7,003 nucleotides of DNA from Paraspadella gotoi (GCA_051294375.1 JBJCIZ010001489.1:1-7003), one strand, 5' to 3'; positions 1 to 6,881 are shown, numbered from the stretch's first letter. Program-made: numbers and translations. The notes: generated by a model from the letters alone, not told the origin.

Positions 1-200
1 GAGTTTTTTTCCCGCCAGAGGGCGTTGTGGGGGTTTTAGCTCGTTTTTCAAACGCCTCGCCTCCCTCTTTTTTTTTCTCCTTTATTTCTTTCTTTCTTTT
101 CGAATTATTCGATTTTTAGAATTTTTAGAATTTTTATTTCGTCTGTTTACGATCGAAATATTTTTGTTGAAATAACCGCTTTCCTACGCCTCTTGGCATG

Positions 201-235
201 GGGCATTTCGTGGCGAGGCGGACCGATATAGAATT
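201..235 (+). repeat. 35-bp exact direct copy of 4508-4542; also the left arm of a perfect 28-bp hairpin (208-235 / 258-285, 22-nt loop)
   Basis: gggcatttcgtggcgaggcggaccgatatagaatt occurs identically at 201-235 and 4508-4542. Confidence 0.95.
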
Positions 236-285
236 TTTAAATTCCTTTATGAATACTAATTCTATATCGGTCCGCCTCGCCACGA
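232..285 (+). repeat. Left inverted repeat (ITR/ICR half) of the DIRS element
   Basis: aatttttaaattcctttatgaatactaattctatatcggtccgcctcgccacga is the reverse complement of 4515-4568 apart from two single-base indels. Confidence 0.93.
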
Positions 286-344
286 TCCCACCGTCCGCCC
301 CTTGTTGTCTCCTACCATGTTTTTTCGTGCTTGGGCGTGGCTTA

Positions 345-377
345 GGGAAAGGGGTTGGGGAGAAGGGAGGGGGGGGG
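345..377 (+). other. Potential G-quadruplex-forming motif in the element 5' leader
   Basis: gggaaaggggttggggagaagggaggggggggg has five runs of 3 or more G with loops of 1-4 nt. A further GGG lies at 333-335. Confidence 0.6.
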
Positions 378-493
378 TTCGGAGTTTTTCGTTAATTTCT
401 CGCGCTACATTTTGTTTACCGCTTACATTTTTTTACATGTGACGATTCTGTATCGGTCCGGTTCTACTCCCCAACTACGCTTCGCCTCGTTTG

Positions 494-1424
494 ATGAGTC
501 TCGAATTCCTTCCATGCTGTTCCGACTCCAGTAGGCGGCCCCCCCTCAGATAGGGCGCCCGCCTCGGACCGTCACACGGTCTCGCCTCTACCCGAGCGTC
601 ATCGATCCACACAGTGCCGGATCCGGACGCCAAGTACTCCTCCGATTCGGCGGAGGAGGGAGAAGTTTCGTCTTCGGATGACGACGTCGGCGGTTTTCGA
701 CGGCTCCCTGTCCTCGAGCAGGTCGACGCCGGTTCCAGTTCGTTACTGGTGGCGTTTTTCTTGCAGAGTTGGGAAGGGGCTTCCTCACGGCCGACTGGAA
801 CTCGCTGGGATGCCCAGCGATCGGCAGTATACGCACTGGATCGACGTCGCTTTCCTCCGGAGTTCACCGCTCCGACGCCGGACACGTGCCTCTCCGCTCG
901 ATTCGAGTCGGCGTTTTCCAAGGAAATAACGCGGCTGCTCTCCGCTCCCTTTCTCGTGCGATGCAGGAGAACGCGGCTACCGCGCATGCCATCCTTACTT
1001 TGCCGATGTGCTGCACGGAATCAAGGAGGCTCTCCGTTCCGGCTCGTCCAGAAACGAGGTCAGCGCGAGCGTTGACGCCCTTGCCGCCCCGCTTCGCGAC
1101 GCGGCTTCTTTTCAAGCGGCGTCCCTCAACCTTTCAGTCGGCGAGATTCGCCGCCTAGTCCCCGCTGTGGCGCCGCAGGATTTCCGCGCCACGCTTTCTC
1201 GCTCCGCGCCCACCGCACCTTCCTTTTTTGGTATGCAGGAAGCGCAGGTGGAAATCGGCGCTCAACTCGACGCTTCTACGAAACGTCGCTCGCGCCAAAC
1301 CCGCTGCCGACATGCGCCCTCGTTTCCGGCTCGAAGTCTTCCTTCAAGCGCAAGTGGACCAAGAAGTCTGTTCCCCGCAAACGTCGGGAGTCGGGAAGGG
1401 CCGGGACTTCGTCCCGGCGAATGA
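494..1424 (+). pseudogene. gag: DIRS gag-like ORF1, disrupted
   Basis: First coding position in the element. ATG 494 is in frame with ORF 614-1075 (stop at 551-553). An acidic Ser-rich N-terminus and 'FTAPTPD' are followed by a frame switch into ORF 1008-1424: a helical segment ending 'APTAPSFFG' plus a basic low-complexity tail. This resembles DIRS ORF1 C-termini. The call rests largely on position. Confidence 0.65.
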
Positions 1425-1490
1425 CTCGAAACTCCTCCCTCGCGGTCGCCGCCTCGTCCGACCGCCCAGGTTTTAGGCCTGGAACCGCCC

Positions 1491-2330
1491 ATGGACTCGA
1501 GTCTCGACACGGACTTTTCCACGCCGACGCTTCTTCCGGAAGCCCCCGTCGGAGGTCGGCTTCGTTCTTTCAAAAGGAGGACGCTCGTTGGCGAGACGTC
1601 GCCCATTCTCGATAGCTTCTCGGGATGCCATCTCGAGGGGCGAAGCAGTTCCAGCACGCTTCCGTCTCCCCTCGGACGAGACACCATCTTGGGGACCGAG
1701 ACGCCTTGGTCGACGCGGAGATTGCGGCGGCTTTGGAGAAGAACGCCTTCGAGGTAGTCCCGGTTTTCTCCGGGCTTCTTTTCCAAGCTTTCCTCGTTAC
1801 GAAGTAAGATGGAGGCTGCGCGCCCGATTTTGAACTTTAAAAAAGCTCTATTCTCGTTCCTTCGCCGCCTTAATTCCGGATGGAAGGAGCCCCGGACGTT
1901 CGAAGGATGTTTCGACGAGGCGATTGGGGTGCCTCGATAGACCTTCGAGAGGCTTATCTCCATCTTCCGATCCACGAGGATCATCGGAATTTTTGCCGCT
2001 TCATTTGGAAGGGCCGCATCTTCAGAGTCCTTCCATTCGGCCTCTCGACAGGCCCTTGGCTTTTCACCAAGTCGACGAGACCCTTAGTGCAGTGGCTCCA
2101 CCAACAGGGGATTCGATGCTCTTTATTTAGTCGACATCTGATCCTGGGATCTTCGGCGGACGATTGTCGACGAGCCACTCGGAAGGCGGTGTGGCTACTC
2201 AAGGAGGCGGGGTCCATCATCCACCTTCAGAGGTCAAGCCTGCCCCATCTCAGAGATTCGATCTCCTCGGTTTCGTTTAGGACAGCCTCTCCCATTCCAT
2301 CGCGCTCCCGGAGACGAAGTCTTCGACTCT
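1491..2330 (+). pseudogene. pol: DIRS reverse transcriptase domain, frameshifted
   Basis: PVGGRL (1545-1562, typical DIRS pol start); EIAAALEKNAFEVV...FLVTK*DGG (stop 1805-1807); RPILN (1821-1835, other frame); FRME; SIDLREAYLHLPI (Asp at 1940); LPFGLSTGPWLFTK (from 2030). The YxDD site reads TAT TTA GTC GAC = YLVD at 2124-2135, out of frame. Confidence 0.95.
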
Positions 2331-2611
2331 TCGCGCTCTCGCAGAGAATCTTCGGTTCAACGACCGCACCACGTGGCCGTCAGTGCCTTCAGCTTCTAGG
2401 CCTTTCGACGGCGGCGTCCTTGGCAGTTCCGCTGCTGCGTTGCCGGTCTTCGAGGATTCAACGAGACGTCAATCGCGTCTACAAGTCGGAGAAGGATCTC
2501 GACCGCGTCGTTCCTCTCCACTCGCCGGCGATGGAGGAGCTGCGGTGGATCGCAGCCCTTTCTCCAGACCAGTGCTTCGCTCCGATCGACGACCTCCTCC
2601 CGGAGGTCTGC

Positions 2612-2960
2612 ACGCTGGAGGTGACGACGGATGCTTCGTCGCAGGATGAAGTTCTCTCCTTCAGGACCAGCTGTCGAGGGAAACCTGGTCGTCTGCGGAT
2701 GCACCTCTCCTTTTCAATGTGACGGAGTTCACAATCTGAGGATCTTCCTCCAACGATTCGGAGCTTCCGTCCACGGCGCGTCATCCTTTGGAGGACGGAC
2801 AGCCTCGTCTCATCTGCCTTCGTCGGGGTCGCAGCAGGTCGCAGGCTCTCCACGAAGTAGTCTGGGAGACACTTCTCCTTACCTCCTACCTGAGGGTCCA
2901 GGTTCAGGAGTCCATCTCTCTTCGAAGGAGTTTCTCATCACGGCGCGGCGTCGGGGGCCG
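2612..2960 (+). pseudogene. DIRS-type RNase H domain, frameshifted
   Basis: LEVTTDAS (TDAS 2627-2638); TWSSADAPLLFNVTEF from 2683 (matches the WS...HINxLE pattern); VILWRTDS near 2780-2803; RRGRSRSQAL. The segments lie in different frames, and the C-terminal ADxLSR motif is not recognisable. Confidence 0.85.
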
Positions 2961-2970
2961 CAAGGTGGCG

Positions 2971-3390
2971 GACTGGAAACCCCTTCCGAGGGTTCCCCAT
3001 CAGATGGTCGACATATTCGGTCTTCCCAGCTTCGATCTTTTCGCGACTCCCCGGTCGGCTCAAGTTCCACGTTTTTTCGCCTGGAAGGCGACGCTGGAGG
3101 CGGAGGGGATAGACGCCTTGGCGCAACACTGGGTCTTCGACCTGACCTATCTCCTTCCTCCCCCTCTTCTGCTGATGATGGTGGTCCGCAAGTTGGAGAA
3201 GGCGAGGGGCACCTTTTTCCTGATCACTCCCTTTGGCCGGCTCAGAAGTGGGTTCAGACCCCCCTTTTTTCCTTCGGATTCTGGACGCGAGGCGCTTCCG
3301 GCGCCGAACTACCTCGTCGTCGACTTCGTGTCCGGGCTTCCGCCTCCGCAAGAGGATCGCTTCAGGCTCGTCGTCTGGAGGTTTTTTAGG
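2971..3390 (+). pseudogene. DIRS-associated Dam-like DNA N6-adenine methyltransferase (MT) domain
   Basis: DW...FGLPSFDLFA (DLFA 3034-3045), DALAQHW, YLLPP (3148-3162; consensus YAFPP), VVRKL, FLITP, then WPAQKW (3234-3251, shifted frame), ending RLVVWRF. This is the motif series found after RNase H in DIRS pol. Confidence 0.88.
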
Positions 3391-3399
3391 CGGTGCCAC

Positions 3400-4329
3400 A
3401 ATCTCTCCGACATCGACGACTCCTCCTTCTCCGTCACCGTCGACGGCTGGAGAGGCTCTACCAGAGAGCACTACGCCAGAGCTTGGAGCTCATTCTGCGA
3501 CTTCCTTCAGGATGGAGAGGTTCGAGGATCTCAAGCTCTCTAGAGGATGTTCTACCGATCTCTCGGTTTTCTGTGCGAGAAGGGCCTCTCGTACAGCACG
3601 ATCAACCTTCACAGATCGGCCATCTCAGCTTCTCTTTCCCCCTGGCGGGAGCGCCGGTTGGAGAGCATCTTTTTGGTCCGGCGCTTCTCAAGGGAGCTTT
3701 CGAGAGACGCCCTCCCTCACGTCGGATTTCCTCACGTGGAATGCGGTCTCGGGTTTACGCATTCTCGACTCGGCGCACTTCCGATCGCGCCGAGGGATCT
3801 TCTACGACGCTCGCTCTTTCTCGTCGCTTTAGCGTCAGCTCGTCGCCCTTCAGAGATCGTCTCTCTTCGTTGCGACGCGGGCTATCTCTCTTTAGCGGCA
3901 GATCACGTTCGGCTGGTTCCATCGACGCTCTCGAAGACGGACAGGGTCGGACACATGGGTCCGGCGTTCCGTCTCGATTCGCTGCCGCTCTCAGATCGTT
4001 GCCCGGTTCAGGCGCTGCGCAATTGGCTCTCTCTTCGTTCGGAATTGGCGCCGCCGCACGATTTTCTTTTCTGCGCCCCCGCGCCGCCTTTTCGTCAACT
4101 CTCGACGCAGCGTTTCGCCTCCATTCTCAAGAGCTCTTTTTGGAGGCAGATGTTTCCTGCGCCCCCGGGGTCGACACGCGCTATGGCGGTTTCAGAAGCC
4201 TTCGCTCGCGGCGTGGATCTCGGCGTCATCTTACGCGCGGGAGTTTGGTCTGGAGCACAGACCTTCTTCCGTTTCTACTGCAGGGACGTCGCGTGGGGCG
4301 CCCCTCCGGGACCTTCTAGGGACGATTGA
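3400..4329 (+). pseudogene. DIRS tyrosine recombinase (phage-integrase family); N-terminal part frameshifted, catalytic core ~3790-4329 open
   Basis: N-terminal part: RGSTREHYARAWSSF (from 3451), GLSYSTINLHRSAIS, VGEH...LLKGAFERRPP (frame of ORF 3393), TWN (frame of ORF 3233). Core: LFLVALASARRPSE (Arg 3844), SKTD (Lys 3934), CPVQAL, GSTR (4168-4179), AGVWS (Trp 4246), TFFRFY (Tyr 4276). Stop at 4327-4329. Confidence 0.95.
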
Positions 4330-4514
4330 GGATCTCGATTCCCGGATGAGGGAGGAAGCCGGCTTCGGTGGATGCCGGGCTCCCATTGGTCGAGGCCGGT
4401 CACGTGACGGCTTCCCCCTGGATTTCTTTTTTTCATTTTTCGATGTTATTTTTGTTCGTTTTTCTGACTCTGACAAACGCGCGATCTATCGACTAGCGCG
4501 AACAAAAGGGCATT

Positions 4515-4568
4515 TCGTGGCGAGGCGGACCGATATAGAATTAGTATTCCATAAAGGAATTAAAAATT
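4515..4568 (-). repeat. Right inverted terminal repeat of the DIRS element
   Basis: tcgtggcgaggcggaccgatatagaattagtattccataaaggaattaaaaatt is the inverted partner of 232-285 and lies ~185 bp after the recombinase stop. Confidence 0.93.
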
Positions 4569-4705
4569 TTGACATTTTTTTCGTTTTGTTCTAAAAACGT
4601 CGATTTTTTAAATCGCTTCCATTTTCAGATGAACTACCAACTTTATTTTCCAAAATGAGATTAATATCCCATCATGCGAAGAAAGCAATAAATGAATTGA
4701 AATTT

Positions 4706-4776
4706 AAAGAGAAAAAAAAAGAGAGAAGAGAGAGAGAGAAAAAAAGCCAATAAAGCAAAAAATACGAGAAGAGAAA
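4706..4776 (+). repeat. Purine-rich A/GA low-complexity tract
   Basis: aaagagaaaaaaaaagagagaagagagagagagaaaaaaa followed by A-rich sequence. Confidence 0.7.
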
Positions 4777-4896
4777 TACTGATTCCAGATCCTCGAACAT
4801 GAGTTCGGAGACTCGACTCTCGTCCAACTCCTCGTCGGACAACAACGACAACAACGAGAAAACGGAAGAGCTCAACGTGGACCTGGAGATCCTCTG

Positions 4897-5821
4897 TTGG
4901 AGAGTGTCTCGATTCGTGGAGAAACTCAAAAGGTCAACTCCTTTCGAGTGGATCGTTTGGGTCACGAGGAATCCGTCTCGATTCGGCGGAAGGGGGTTCA
5001 CACTTTCGTGGAGGAAGAAGAACGAGGACGAGGTAGGAGGAGAAAAAGGTTAGCGTGGAGGAAGCGGTGGCGGAAGCGGACGTGCCCTCGACAAGAAGCG
5101 GAAGATCGAGGAAGCGGCGAGGAATTCCGTGGACCAGATGTGTCGAAGACGACGATGTCGACGCCGATAACGATGACGATTAAGACGGACGTCGACCCGT
5201 CCGTCACGGCGTCGACGCCGGGCGCCTCTACATCGAGACTTACAACAAGCGCCGATGTTACGTCCACGGCTTCGTTAGGGATGCTTTTTTGCGAGAAAAG
5301 ACGAGAACCCACGCTTTCGTTAGAAAAAACAAAATTCTCCCTTAAGACGACGATGACTACGAACCAACGACTCCGTCCAAGATTCGATGCAACCCGATTT
5401 CCAAACCCGCCAGCGCTCAACCACCTCAATTCCCTCGGCGCCTCCGCGGACCCCGCGCCGACCGGACCGGCGACGCCGGACGCAAGGGCGCCGGCCCGCC
5501 CCTTCCGAACCCAGGCCGCCCGAAGGCGCCGAGAAGGAAACCTATCAATGCAAATTCTTCTTTTCCACCGAGCGAAGCCTAAATCTGGCAAAACCATCAT
5601 TGAGCAATCATTCGGAATCTATGGACGCCGAAGACGACCGGATTGGCGCCACGAAGACTGCGCGCTTCGCCCGCGCGTTGGTGGAATGGGCGGTAGTGGC
5701 GGCGGGGGCGGTCCTGGAGGCCCCGTCCCTCGCGGTCCGCTCGTCTGTGATCAAAACAACGGACAATGGAAAGATTGCGACAATCCGACGTCCAGTGGAG
5801 AAAATAATGAGATTAAAGCCG
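4897..5821 (+). CDS. Probable large coding exon (low-complexity Thr/Ser-, Pro- and Gly-rich) of the downstream zinc-finger gene; 5' boundary and frame uncertain
   Basis: 309-codon GC-rich ORF. A phase-1 donor G|GTTAGC at 5821/5822 is compatible with the phase-1 acceptor at 5918. An alternative frame contains a finger-like YQCKF..FSTERSLN (from 5543), so indels are possible. Confidence 0.4.
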
Positions 5822-5918
5822 GTTAGCGGAACGATTAAAATACAATTACGTTGCATACGTTCATTGCATACGTATTAAGTATGTAATGAATACAATTTCT
5901 CTTTATTTTCTTTGTCAG

Positions 5919-6027
5919 TCCCGACAACAAAGACTCTCCACGCGTGTACCGAATGTTCTTTCACAACGAGTTCCTTATCTCAATTGAATCGTCACATGCT
6001 TTTGCATTCCGACGTTCGTCCTTACAA
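5919..6027 (+). CDS. Coding exon with a C2H2 zinc finger
   Basis: HACTECSFTTSSLSQLNRHMLLHSDVRPYK is C-x2-C-x12-H-x3-H (Cys 5945, 5954; His 5993, 6005) plus a TGEKPY-like linker. Acceptor is a polypyrimidine tract + CAG (5916-5918); donor is AA|GTCAGT at 6028. Confidence 0.85.
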
Positions 6028-6104
6028 GTCAGTCACAGTCAATAGGTCACGTTTCAATGCGATTGATAAGATGACATTATTAATTAGATTATATTAGATT
6101 ATTA

Positions 6105-6603
6105 CACATGCGTGCAAAAAAAGTTTAATAGTTATGAGAAAAGCATTTTATTTCATTTTTATAAGAAAACAAACATTTTTTAAGACTCGGTTAACTTAAT
6201 ACTTTGTCGGACAACCATTTGCTTCCGGTACCGTTTCCATGTGACGTGGAAAAGAGTCATAAAGGACAAACACGCTTTCTTTTGATTTTGTCGACTGTCA
6301 TAGTGTTGTACTGTGAAATCTTCTTCACAGTTGCTGGCCATTTTTCAAGCACTTTGATCTCATTTTCCTTATGCTATTTTTGGGTTGCTTTGGCTTTGTG
6401 TACAGGAGCTCCATCTATGAAAATAGGATGAGCTTTCAAAAACTGCTTGTTTTTTAGCATAGCTTCTATAATATTTTGCCTAGAAACTTTGTCATGGGCT
6501 CAAATGCCCTGGTTTTGAAATAAACCCAAGTTTTATTTAATAGGACGACAGACAAGCAAGAGAGTAGGGGTTCAAAGTTTAAATTTTTTTTTGCACACAC
6601 GTG
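6105..6603 (-). mobile_element. Internally deleted, non-autonomous Tc1-like DNA transposon (499 bp)
   Basis: Imperfect TIRs cacatgcgtgcaaaaaaagtttaa (6105-6128) and ttaaatttttttttgcacacacgtg (6579-6603), each flanked by TA (6103-6104, 6604-6605). A transposase remnant lies between them. Confidence 0.88.
6196..6480 (-). pseudogene. Tc1-family DDE transposase C-terminal remnant
   Basis: The minus strand translates to PIFIDGAPVHKAKATQK*HKENEIKVLEKWPA (DGAP 6415-6404, WPA 6340-6332). After a frame change it reads LYDSFPRHMETVPEANGCPTKY* (stop 6198-6196). These match the Tc1 QDNAPxH, WPxxSPDL and C-terminal G..TKY motifs; the SPDLNPIE block is missing. Confidence 0.88.
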
Positions 6604-6636
6604 TAAGGTGAAATTGTGTATTTCTTCTTTATGACA

Positions 6637-6849
6637 NNNNNNNNNNNNNNNNNNNNNNNNNNNNNNNNNNNNNNNNNNNNNNNNNNNNNNNNNNNNNNNN
6701 NNNNNNNNNNNNNNNNNNNNNNNNNNNNNNNNNNNNNNNNNNNNNNNNNNNNNNNNNNNNNNNNNNNNNNNNNNNNNNNNNNNNNNNNNNNNNNNNNNNN
6801 NNNNNNNNNNNNNNNNNNNNNNNNNNNNNNNNNNNNNNNNNNNNNNNNN
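6637..6849. other. Assembly gap (213 N)
   Basis: Run of N characters. Confidence 1.
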
Positions 6850-6881
6850 TCTCGACCTTCATCTCCAAACGCATTCGTCCG
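6850..6881 (+). CDS. 3' end of another probable C2H2 zinc-finger exon (5' part in the gap)
   Basis: From 6851 it reads LDLHLQTHSS, the L-x2-H-x3-H end of a finger. It is followed by a phase-1 donor G|GTGAAT at 6882 and AT-rich intron-like sequence. Confidence 0.6.

Larger units (their letters stand above)
201..4568 (+). mobile_element. DIRS1-like tyrosine-recombinase retrotransposon, degenerate copy; the true left end may lie upstream of the window
   Basis: Domain order is gag-like / RT / RNase H / Dam-like MT / tyrosine recombinase, all on +. No integrase or protease motif seen. Flanked by inverted rather than direct terminal repeats (232-285 vs 4515-4568). The GC-rich body contrasts with AT-rich flanks. 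Confidence 0.95.

Noticed and set aside
198-395. Small ORFs 198-395 and 4346-4594 sharing GHFVARRTDIE
   Set aside because: The shared peptide is just the translated terminal repeat.
201-460. CRISPR-like repeats
   Set aside because: The copies are in mixed orientation with no regular spacers and no cas genes.
1262-1984. Long minus-strand ORFs within the element (also 475-987, 2396-2853, 2938-3471)
   Set aside because: No recognisable motifs. These are expected shadow ORFs in GC-rich coding DNA.
3393-4319. 308-aa overlapping ORF as a separate gene
   Set aside because: Its only motif-like parts (LEDVL, VGEH...LLKGAFERRPP) are frameshifted pieces of the recombinase. The rest is Arg/Ser-rich shadow sequence.
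1491-4329. A novel prokaryotic RT + methylase + integrase system (retron-, DGR- or prophage-like)
   Set aside because: The motifs, domain order and inverted termini match known DIRS retrotransposons, and the flanks have spliceosomal introns, C2H2 fingers and a Tc1 element.
4479-4500. Mirror repeat gcgcgatc / ctagcgcg
   Set aside because: Only 8 bp and not homopurine, so no triplex potential. Compatible with chance.
201-4542. 35-bp direct repeat as an LTR pair, target-site duplication or attL/attR
   Set aside because: It is too short for LTRs and is made of the element's own inverted-repeat core. DIRS elements generally make no long TSD. It is better explained as part of the ITR/ICR system.
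4998-5600. 200-aa minus-strand ORF with hydrophobic stretches (also 4672-5001)
   Set aside because: The Val/Ile/Phe-rich runs are the antisense of Thr/Asp codons and A-tracts on +. Splice evidence favours the + strand.
6204-6431. 75-aa membrane-like ORF on +
   Set aside because: It is the antisense shadow of the Tc1 transposase remnant.
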